Of a stretch of 64,000 nucleotides of DNA, positions 12,101 to 28,650 are shown piece by piece. Position numbers and translations under genes: made by a program. Origin of the DNA: the human T2T-CHM13v2.0 reference genome, Homo sapiens; the NCBI RefSeq assembly GCF_009914755.1, contig NC_060943.1; one strand, given 5' to 3'. The notes beneath the pieces are model-generated. The model made no database searches and had not been told where the DNA came from. It worked only from the letters and a program-made list of their open reading frames with translations. The stretch's first letter is position 1. The number at the start of each line of letters is the position of its first letter.

Positions 12101-15100
12101 AGTGGATATTTGCAGCCCTTGGAGGGCAATTGTGGAAAAGGAAATATCTTCACATAAAACCTACACAGAAGCATTCTCAGAAACTTCTTTGTGATGTGTG
12201 CATTAAACTCACAGTGTTGAACCAATCTTTTGATTGAGCCTATCTTTTGATTGAGCAGTTTTGAAACTCTTTTTTGTATAATCTGCAAGTGGATATTTGG
12301 AGCCCTTTGTGGCTTATGGTGGAAAAGGAAATATCTGCAAATAGAACTACACAGAAGCTTTCTGAGAATTTTTTTTGTGATGTGTGCATTCATCTTACAG
12401 AGTTGAAACTTTCTTTTCATTGAGCAGTTTTGAAACACTCTTTTCATAAAATCTGCAAGTGGATATTTGGAGTCCTTGGAGGCCTATTGCGGAAAAGGAA
12501 ATATCTTCACATAAAAGCTACACAGAAGCAGTCTGAGAAATTACTTTTTGATGTGTGCATTCATCTCACAGAGTTGAACCTTCCTTGGATTGAGCAGTTT
12601 TGAAACACTCTTTCTGTAGAATATGCAAGTGGATATTTGGAGTGCTTTTAGGCCTATTGTGGTAAAGGAAATATCTTCAAATAAAAACTACACAGAAGCA
12701 TTCTGAGAAACTTCTTTGTGATGTGTGCATTCAACTCACAGAGTTGAACCTATCTTTTGATAGAGCAGTTATGAAACTCGCTTTTGTAGAATCTGCAAGT
12801 CGATATTTGTAGCCCTTTGCAGTTTATTGTGGAAAAGGAAATATTTTCACATAAACACTACACAGAAGCCTTCTGAGAAACTTCTTTGTGATGTGCATTC
12901 ATTTCACAGCGTTGAACCTCTCTTTTGATTGAGCAGTTTGGAAACACTTTTTTGGAGAATCTGCAAGTGGATATTTGTAGCGCTTTGAGGAGTATTGTGG
13001 AAAAGGAAATATCTTCACATAAAAACTACAAAGAAGCATTCTGAGAAAGTTCTTTGTGATGTGTGCATTCACCTCACAGAGCTGAACTTTTCTTTTGCTT
13101 GAGCAGTTTGGAAACACTCTTTTAGTAGAATCGGGAAGTGGATAGATTTAGCTCTAGGAGGCCTATTGTGGAAACGGAAATATCTGCACATGAAAACTAC
13201 ACAGAAGCATTCTGAGAAACCACTTTGTGTTGTGTGCAATCAAGTCACACAGTTGAACCTATCTTTTGATAGAGCAGTTTTGAAACTCTCTTTTTGTAGA
13301 ATCTCCAAGTGGATACTGGAACCCTTAGCATCCTATGGAGGAAAAGGAAATATCTTCACATAAAAACTTCACAGAAGCATTCTGAGAAACTTCTTTGTGA
13401 TGTGTGCATTCAACTCACAGAGTTGAAGCTATCTTTTGATAGAGCAGTTTTGAAACTCTCTTTTTGCAGAATCTGCAAGTGGATATTTGGAGCCCTTGGT
13501 GGCCTATGGTGGAAAAGCAAATATCTTCACCTAAAAACTACACAGAAGGATTCTGAGTATCTACTTTGTGATGTGGGCATTCATCTCACAGTGTTGAAAC
13601 TCTCCTTTGATTGAGCAGTTTGGAAAAACTCTTTTTGTAGAATCTGCAAGTGGATATTAGGAGCGCTTTGAGGCCTATTGTGGAAAGGGAAATATCTTCA
13701 CATAAAAAATACACAGAAGCATTATTAGCAACTTCTTTGTGATGTGCGCATTCATCTCACAGAATTGATCCTTTTTTGATCGAGAAGTTTGGAAACACTC
13801 CTATAGTAGAATCTGCAAGTGGATATTTGGAGCCCTTGGAGGCCTATTGTGGAAAAGGAAATATCATCACATAAAACCTACGCAGAAGCATTATGAGAAA
13901 CTTCTTTGTGAATTGTGCATCCATCTCACACCGTTGAAACTTTCTTTTGATAGAGCAGTTTTGAAACACTATTTTCATAGGATCTGCAAGTGGATATTTT
14001 GAGCACTTTTGGGCCTATGGTGGAAAAGGAAATATCTTCACATAAGAACAACACAGAAGCATTCTGATAAACTTCTTTGTGATTCGTGCATTCATCTCAC
14101 CGGTTTGAACCTATATTTTGATTGTACAGTTTTGAAACACTCTTATTATAGACTCTGCAAGTGGATATTTGAAGCACTTTGAGGCCTGTTGTGGAAAACG
14201 AAATAACTTCTAATAAAAACTACACAGAAGCATTCTGAGAAACTTCTTTGTGATGTATGCATTCAACTTACAGAGTTGAACCTATCATTTGATTGAAGAC
14301 TTCTGAATCTCTCTTTTTGTAAAATCTGCAAATGGATATTTGGAGCCCTTTGCAGCCTATTTTGGAAAAGGAAATATCTTCACATAAAAACTACACAGAA
14401 GCATTATGAGAAACTTCTTTGTGACGTGTGCATTCATCTCACAGAGGTGAACCTTTCTTTGGATTGAGCAGTTTTGAAACACTTTTTTTATAGAATTTGC
14501 AAGTGGATAATTGAAGCACTTTGAGGCCTATTGTGGAAAGGAAATATCTTCACTTAAAAATTGCACAGAAGCATTCTGAGAAACTTCTTTGTGATGTGTG
14601 CATTCATCTCACAGAGTTGAACCTTTCTTTTCATTGAGCAGTATGGAAACAATCATTTTGTAGAATCTGCAAGTGGATATTTGGAGCGCTTTGAGACCTA
14701 TTGTGGAAAATGAAGTTTCTTCACAAAAAATTACACAGAAGCATTGTGAAAAACTACTTTGTGATGTGTGCATTCATCTCACAGAGCTGAACCTATCTTT
14801 TGATAGAGCAGTTTTGAAACTCTACTTTGTAGAATCTGCAAGTGGATATTTGTAGCCCTTTGTGGCCTATGTTGGAAAAGGAAATGTATTCACATAAAAA
14901 CTACACCAAAGCATTCTGAGAAACTTCTTTTGTGCTATGTGGATTCATCTCACAGAGTTCAGCCTTTCCTTTGATTGAGCAGTTTTGAAACACACTTTTT
15001 GTAGAATATCCAGGTGGATATCTGGAGCACTTTCTGGCCTTTTGTGGAAAAGGAAATATCTTCACATAAAAACTACATAGAAGCATTATTGGAAACTTCT

Positions 15101-15758
15101 TTGTGATGTGTGCATTCATCTCACTGTGTTGAACCTTTCTTTTGATTGAGCAATTTTGAAACACTGTTTTTGTAGAATCTGCAAGTGGTTATTTAGAGAG
15201 CTTGGAGGCCTATTGTGGAAAAGGAAATATCTTCACATAAAAACTGCACAGAAGCATTCTGAGAAACTTCTTTCTGACGTGTGCATTCAAGTCACAATGT
15301 TGAACCTATCTTCTCATGGAGCAGTTTTGAAACTCTCTTTTTGTAGAATCTTCAAGTTGTTTTTTGGAGCCCTTTGCAGCTTATGGTGGCAAAGGAAATA
15401 TCTCCATATAAAAACTACACAGAAGCATTCTGAGAAACTTCTTTGTGATGTGTGCATTCATTTCACAGAGTTGAACGTTTTTTGATTCAGCAGTTTTGAA
15501 ACACTCATTTTTTAGAATATGCAAGTGGATATATGGAGCGTTTTGAGGCCTTTTGTGGAAAGGGAAGTATCTTCACAAAAAAACTACGCAGAGGCATTCT
15601 GAGAAATATCTTGTGAAGTGTGCATTCATCTCATAGAGTTGAACTTTGTTTTCATCGAGCAGTTTTGAAACACTCTTTTTGTAGAATCTGCAAGTGGATA
15701 TTTGTAGCATTTTGAGGCCTATTGTTGAAAATGAAATATCTTCACATAAAAACTACAC

Positions 15759-15760
<2 letters not shown>
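164..15760 (+). repeat. Monomeric alpha satellite (~171-bp units), A-type
   Basis: Recurring cattctgagaaacttctttgtgatgtgtgcattcatctcacagagttgaac...gaatctgcaagtggatatttggag...gtggaaaaggaaatatcttcacataaaaactacacagaag every ~171 bp. Neighbouring units are divergent. Confidence 0.99.
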
Positions 15761-17423
<1,663 letters not shown>

Positions 17424-17424
<1 letters not shown>

Positions 17425-18617
17425 ATTAAAGACTTAAGTATTAGACCTAGAACCATAAAAACCCTAGAAGAAAACCTAGACATTACAATTCATGACATAG
17501 GCATGGGCAAGGACTTCATGTCTAAAACACCAAAAGCAATGGCAACAAAATCCAAAAGTAACAAATGGGATCTAATTAAACTAAAGAGCTTCTGAGCAAC
17601 AAAAGAGACTACCATCAGAGTGAACAGGCAACCTAAAGAATGGGAGAAAATTTTTGTAACCTACTTATCTGACAAAGGGCTGATATCCAGAATCTACAAT
17701 GAACTCAAACAAATTTACAAGAAAAAAACAAACAACCCCATCAAAATTGGGTGAAGGACATGAACAGACACTTCTCAAAAGAAGACATTTATGCAGCCAA
17801 CAAACACATGAAGAAATCCTCACCATCACTGGCCATCAGAGAAATGCAAATCAAAAACAGAATGAGATACCATCTCACACCAGTTAGAATGGCAATCATT
17901 AAAATGTCAGGAAACAAGAGGTGCTGGAGCGGATGTGGACAAATAGGAACACTTTTACACTGTTGGTGGGTCTGTAAACTAGTTCAACCTTTGTGGAAGT
18001 CAGTGTGGGATTCTTCAGGGATCTAGAACCAGAAATACCATTTGACACAGCCATCCCATTACTGGGTATATACCCAAAGGACTATAAACCATGCTGCTAT
18101 GAAGACACATGCACAAGTATGTTTATTGCAGGACTATTCACAATAGCAAAGACTTGGAACCAACACAAATGTCCAAAAATGATAGACTGGATTAAGAAAA
18201 TGTGGCAAATATACACAATGGAATACTATGCAGCCATAAAAAATGATGAGTTCATGTCCTTTGTAGGGACATGGATGAAATTGGGAATCATCATTCTCAG
18301 TAAACTATCACAAGTACAAAAAACAGAACACCGCATATTCTCACTCATAGGTGTGAATTGAATAATGAGAACACATGGACACAGGAAGGGGAACATCACA
18401 CTCAGGACTGTTGTGGAGTCAGGGGTTGGGGGAGGGATAGCTTTAGGAGATATAGCTAATGCTAAATGACGAGTTAATGGGTGCAACACACCAGCATGGC
18501 ACTGGTATACATATGTAACTAACCTGCACATGGTGCACAGGTACTCTAAAACTTAAAGTATAATAACAATTAAAAAAACACACAAAAAGAGATTCTCACA
18601 CACACAAACACACACAC
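17424..18617 (+). mobile_element. Sense 3' segment of the same L1 (ORF2 C-terminus, 3'UTR, decayed A/CA tail)
   Basis: ORF2 C-terminal peptides ([14 protein letters not shown]…, GTLLHCWW), stop at 18361, G-rich 3'UTR with gctaaatgacgagttaatgggtgc..caccagcatgg (L1PA3-like from memory), tail from ~18560. Confidence 0.96.
18571..18617. repeat. A-rich/(CA)n microsatellite in the L1 tail
   Basis: taaaaaaacacacaaaaagagattctcacacacacaaacacacacac. Confidence 0.8.
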
Positions 18618-21600
18618 AAATACATGGAAGCTTTCTGAGAAACTTCTTTGTGATGTGTGCATTCATCTGACAGAGTTGAACCTTTCTTTTGATTCAGCAC
18701 TTTGGAAACACTCTTTTTGTAGAATCTGCAAGTGGATATTTGGAGTGATATGAGGCCTATGGTGGAAAAGGAAATGTCTTCACATAAAAACTACACAGAA
18801 GCATTCTGAGAAGCTACTTTGTGATGTGTGCATTCATCTCACAGACCTAAAGCTTTCTTTTGATTGAGCATTTTGAAACATTCTGTTGGGAGAATCTGCA
18901 AGTGGATATTTGGAGCGCTTTGAGGATTATTGTGGAAAAGGAAATATCTTCACATAAAAATTACACAGAGGCATTCTGAGAAGCTTTTTTGTGATGTGTG
19001 CATTCATCTCACAGAGTTGAAATTTTCTTTTGATTGAGCAGTTTTGAAACATTCTCTTTGTAGAATCTGAAAGTGGATATTTGGAGTGCTTTGAGGCCTA
19101 TTGTGGAAAAGGAAATATATTCACATAAAAACTACAAGGAAACATTCTGAGAAACTTCTTTTTGTTGTGTGCATTCATCTCACAGATTTGAACTTTTCTT
19201 TTGCTTGAGCAGTTTGGAAACACTCTTTTTGTAGAATCTGCAAGGGGATATTTGGAGCACTTTGAGGCCTATTGAGAAAAAGGAAATATCTTCACAAAAA
19301 ACCACACAGAAGCATTCTGAGAAACTTCTTTGTGATGTGTGCATTCAACTCACAGTGTTGAACCTATCTTTTCAATGAGCACTTTTGAAACTCCCTTTTT
19401 TAGAATCCAGAAGTGGATATTTGGAGCCTTTTGTGGCCTATGTTGGAAAAGGAAATATCTTCACATGAAAACTACACAGAAGCATTCTGAGAAACTTCTT
19501 TGTGATGTGTGCATTCACCTCACAGGGTTGAACCTATATTATGATTAAGCAGTTTGGAAACACTCTTTTTGTAGAATCTGCAAGTGGATATTTGGAGCGC
19601 TTTGATGCCTACGGTGGAAAAGGAAATGTCTTCACATAAAAACTACACAGAAGCATTCTGAGAAGCTACTTTGTGATGTGTGCATTCATCTCACAGAGCT
19701 AAACCTTTCTTTTGATTGAGCAGTTTTGACACACTCTGTTTGTAGAATCTGCAAGTGTATATTTGGAGCACTTTGAGGCCTATTGTGGAAAAGGAAATAT
19801 CTTCACATAAAAGCTACAAAGAGGCATTCTGAGAAGCTTTTTTCTGACGTGTGCATTCATCTCACAGAGTCGAAACTTTCTTTTGATTGAGCAGTTTGGA
19901 AACATTCTGTTTGTAGAATCTGAAAGTGGATATTTGGGGCGCTTTGAGGCCTATTGTGGAAAAGGAAATATATTCAAGTGAAAACTACACAGAAGCATTC
20001 TGAGAAACTTCTTTTTGTTGTGTGCATTCATTTCACAGAGTTGAACCTTTCTTTTGCTTGAGCAGTTTGGAAAAACTCTTTTTGTAGAATCTGCAAGAGG
20101 ATATTTGGAGCACTTTGAGGCCTATTGTGAAAAAGGAAATATCTTCTAAAAAAACTATACAGAAGCATTCCGAGAAACTTCTTTGTGATGTGTGCATTCA
20201 AATCAGAGTGTTGAACCTATCTTTTGAATGAACACTTTTGAAACTCCCTTTTGTTGAATCTACAAGTGGATATTTGGAACCCTTTGTGGCCTATGTTGGA
20301 AAAGGAAATATCTTCACATAAAAACAACAAAGAAGCATTTGGAGAAACTTCTTTAAGATGTGTTCATCTCACAGATTTGAAACATTCTTTTTATTGAGCA
20401 GTTTTGAAACACTCTTCTTACAGTATCTGCAAGTGGATATTTGGAGCCCCTTGAGACCTATTGTGGAAACGGAAATATCTTCACATAAGAACTACACAGA
20501 AGCATCCTGAGAAACTTCTTTGTGATGTGTGCATTTATCTCACAGAGTTGAACCTGTCTTTTCATTGAGCAGTTTTGGAACACTCTATTTGTAGAATCTG
20601 CAAGTGCATATTAGGAGTGCTTTGAGGCTTATTGTGGAAAAGGAAATACCTTCACATAAAAACTACACAGAAACATCCTCAGAAACTTCTTTAGATGTGT
20701 GCATTCATCTCACAGAGTTGAACCTTTCTTTTCGTTGAGCAGTTTGGAAAAACTCTTTTAGTAGAATCTGCAAATGGATATTTAGAGCCCTTGGAAGCCT
20801 ATTGTGGAAAAGGAAATATCTTCACATAAAAAGTCCACAGAAGCATTCTGAGAAACTTCTTTGTGACGTGTGCATTCATCTCACAAAGTTGAACGTTTTT
20901 TTTTTTTTTTATTGAGCAGCTTGGAAACACTCTTTTTGTGGGATCTCCATGTGGATATTTGGAGCACTTTGAGGCCTATGGTGGAAAAGGAAATATCTTC
21001 GCATGAAAACTACACAGAAGCATTCTGAGAAACTTCTTTGTGATGTCTGCATTCATCTCACAGAGTTGAATCTTTCTTTTGATGGAGCAGTTTTGAAACA
21101 CTCTTTTTGTAGAATCTGCAAGTGGATATTTGGAGCCCCTTGAGACCTATTGTGGAAACGGAAATATCTTCACATAAGAACTACACAGAAGCATCCTGAG
21201 AAACTTCTTTGTGATGTGTGCATTTATCTCACAGAGTTGAACCTGTCTTTTCATTGAGCAGTTTTGGAACACTCTATTTGTAGAATCTGCAAGTGCATAT
21301 TAGGAGTGCTTTGAGGCTTATTGTGGAAAAGGAAATACCTTCACATAAAAACTACACAGAAACATCCTCAGAAACTTCTTTAGATGTGTGCATTCATCTC
21401 ACAGAGTTGAACCTTTCTTTTCGTTGAGCAGTTTGGAAAAACTCTTTTAGTAGAATCTGCAAATGGATATTTAGAGCCCTTGGAAGCCTATTGTGGAAAA
21501 GGAAATATCTTCACATAAAAAGTCCACAGAAGCATTCTGAGAAACTTCTTTGTGACGTGTGCATTCATCTCACAAAGTTGAACGTTTTTTTTTTTTTTTA

Positions 21601-22671
21601 TTGAGCAGCTTGGAAACACTCTTTTTGTGGGATCTCCATGTGGATATTTGGAGCACTTTGAGGCCTATGGTGGAAAAGGAAATATCTTCGCATGAAAACT
21701 ACACAGAAGCATTCTGAGAAACTTCTTTGTGATGTCTGCATTCATCTCACAGAGTTGAATCTTTCTTTTGATGGAGCAGTTTTGAAACACTCTTTTTGTA
21801 GAATCTGCAAGTGGATATTTGGAGCGCTTTGAGGCCTAATGTGAAGAAGGAAATATCTTCACATAAAAACTGCACAGAAGCATTCTGAGAAACTTCTTTA
21901 TGATGTGTGCATTCAGCTCACAGAGTTGAACCTATCTTTTTAAAGAGCAGTTTTGAAACTCTCCTTTCGTGTAATCTTCAAGTGGATATTTGAAGCCCTT
22001 TGCAGCCTATGGTGGAAAAGGAAATATCTTCACATAAAAACTACCCAGAAGCATTCTGAGAAACTTCTTTCTGATGTGTGCATTCCACTCACAGAGTTGA
22101 ACCTATCTTTTGATTGAGCAGTTTTAAAACTCTCTTTTTGTAGTATCTGCAAGTGGATATTTGGAGTGCTTTGAGGCTTATGGTGGAAAACGAAATATCT
22201 TCACATAAAAACAACACAGAAGCATTCTCAGAATCTCCTTTGCGATGGGTGCATTTTCGTCACAGAGTTGAACTTTTCTTTTGACTGAGAAGTTTGGAAA
22301 CACTCTTTTTGTAGAATATGAAAGTGGATTTTTGGAGTGCTTTAAGGCCTATGGTGGAAAAGGAAACATCTTCACATAAAAACTACACAGAAGCATTCTG
22401 AGAAACTTATTTGTGATGTGTGCATTCATTTCACAGTGATAAACCTTTCTTTTGATTAAGCAGTTTTGAAACACTCTTTTTGTAGTTTCTGCAAGTGGAT
22501 ATATGGAGAGATTTGAGGCCTGTTGTGGAAAAGGAAATATCTTCACATAATAACCAGACAGAAGCATTCTGAGAAACTTCTTTGTGATGTGTGTATTCAC
22601 CTCACAGAATAGAACATTGCTTTTGATTAAGCAGTTTTGAAACCCTCTTTTTGTACAATCTGCAAGTGGAT
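18618..22671 (+). repeat. Monomeric alpha satellite, same orientation as the left block
   Basis: Resumes in register (tacatggaagctttctgagaaacttctttgtgatg) and ends at tgcaagtggat. Confidence 0.99.
20425..21825 (+). repeat. Tandem duplication of a 689-bp (4-monomer) alpha block
   Basis: ggagcccc at 20443 and 21132; gaacg(T15)attgagc at 20891 and 21580. No mismatch seen by eye. Confidence 0.95.
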
Positions 22672-23016
22672 GCAATGGCATCCGCGATTGCCCAGGCTTG
22701 CTTAAGTAAATAAAGCAGCCGGGGAGCTAGAACTGGGTGGGCCCACCATAGCTCAAGAAGGCCTGCCTGCCTCTGTAGGCTCCACTTCTGGGGGCAGGGC
22801 ACAGACAAACCAAAAGACAGCAGTAACCTCTGCAGACTTAAATGTCCCTGTCTGACAGCTTTGAAGAGAGCATCGGTTCTCCCAGCACACAGCTGGATTT
22901 CTCAGAATGGGCAGACTGCCTCCTCAAGTAGGTCCCTGACTCTTGACTCCTGAGCACCCTAACTGGGAGGCACCCCCAAGCAGGGGCAGACTGACACCTT
23001 ACACGGCTGGGTACTC

Positions 23017-23155
23017 TTCTGAGACAAAATTTCCAGATGAACAATCAGAGAGCAGCATTTGCGGTTCACGAAAATCCGCTTTTCTGCAGCCACTGCTGGC
23101 CAATGCTGCTGTTACCCAGAAAAATAGGGTCTGGAGTGGACCTCCAGCAAACTTC
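23017..23155 (+). promoter_or_regulatory. Retained '129-bp' L1 5'UTR segment (ZNF93-binding region of L1PA4/early L1PA3), with a ~10-bp local duplication
   Basis: Extra sequence lies between gggtactc and aacacacctgcagctgagg, which are contiguous in L1HS/L1PA2. gccactgctg/gccaatgctg is repeated at ~23088-23108. Confidence 0.75.
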
Positions 23156-23279
23156 AACACACCTGCAGCTGAGGGTCCTGTCTGTTAGAAGGAAAACTAA
23201 CAAACAGAAAGGACATCCACACCAAAAACCCATTTGTACATCAACAACATCAAAGACAAAAGTAGATAAAACCACAAAG

Positions 23280-24290
23280 ATGGGGAAAAAACAGAGCAGA
23301 AAAACTGGAAACTCTAAAAACCAGAGCACCTCTCCTCCTCCAAAAGAATGCAGTTCCTCACCAGCAACGGAACAAAGCTGGATGGAGAATGACTTTGACA
23401 ACTTGAGAGAAGAAGGTTCGGATGACGAAACTACTCCGAGCTACAGCAGGAAATTCAAACCAAAGGCAAAGAAGTTAAAAACATTGAAAAAAATTTAGAC
23501 GAATGTATAACTAGAATAACCAATATAGAGAAATGCTTAAAGGAGCTGATGGAGCTGAAAGCCAAGGCTCGAGAACTACATGAAAAATGCAGAAACCTCA
23601 GGAGCCGATGCAATCAACTGGAAGAAAGGGTATCAGTGATGGAAGATGAAATGAATGAAATGAAAGCGAGAAGGGAAGTTTAGAGAAATAAAAAGAAATG
23701 AGCAAAGCCTCCAAGAAATATGGGACTATGTGAAAAGACCAAATCTACGTCTGATTGGTGCACCTGAAAGTGATGGGGAGAATGGAATCAAGTTGGAAAA
23801 CACTCTGCAAGATATTATCCAGGACAACATCCCCAATCTAACAAGGCAGGCCAACATTCAGATTCAGGAAATACAGAGAACGCCACAAAGATACTCCTCG
23901 AGAAGAACAACTCCAAGACGCATAATTGTCAGATTCAGCAAAGTTGAAATGAAGGAAAAAATGTTAAGGGCAGCCAGAGAGAAAGGTAGGGTTACCCATA
24001 AAGGGAAGCACATCAGACTAACAGTGGATCTCTCAGCAGAAACTCTAGAAGCCAGAAGAGAGTGAGGGTCAATATTCAACATTCTTAAAGAAAAGAATTT
24101 TCAACCCAGAATTTCATATCCAGCCAAACTAAGCTTCATAAGTGAAGGAGAAATAAAATACTTTACAGACAAGCAAATGCAGAGAGATTTTGTCACCACC
24201 AGGCCTGCCCTAAAAGAGCTCTTGAAGGAAGCACTAAACATGGAAAGGAACAACCGGTTCCAGCCACTGCAAAATCATTCCAAATTATAA
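23280..24290 (+). pseudogene. L1 ORF1p (RNA-binding chaperone), disrupted
   Basis: ATG GGG AAA AAA CAG (MGKKQSRKTGNSKNQS) at 23280; later frame KRPNLRLIG…EKMLRAAREKGRVT; terminal TAA at 24288-24290; internal frameshifts and a stop at 24063. Confidence 0.95.
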
Positions 24291-24353
24291 AGACCTTCGA
24301 GGCTAAGAAGAAACTCCATTAACTAGTGAGCAAAATATCCAGCTAACATCATA

Positions 24354-28434
<4,081 letters not shown>

Positions 28435-28650
28435 ACAATGAGAACACATGGACACAGGAAGGGGAACATCACACTCTGGGGACTGTTATGGGGTGGGGGA
28501 AGGGGGGCGATAGCATTAGGTGATATACCTAATGCTAAATGACGAATTAATGGGTGCAGCACACCAGCATGGAACATATATACATATGTAACTAACATGC
28601 ACATTGTGCACAAGTACCCTAAAACGTAAAGTAAAATAAAATAAAAAATA

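Noticed and set aside
22349-22681. ORFs spanning satellite-L1 junctions (also 15719-15901, 28516-28719) as fusion genes
   Set aside because: They are short chance read-throughs across repeat junctions with no splice, promoter or conservation evidence.
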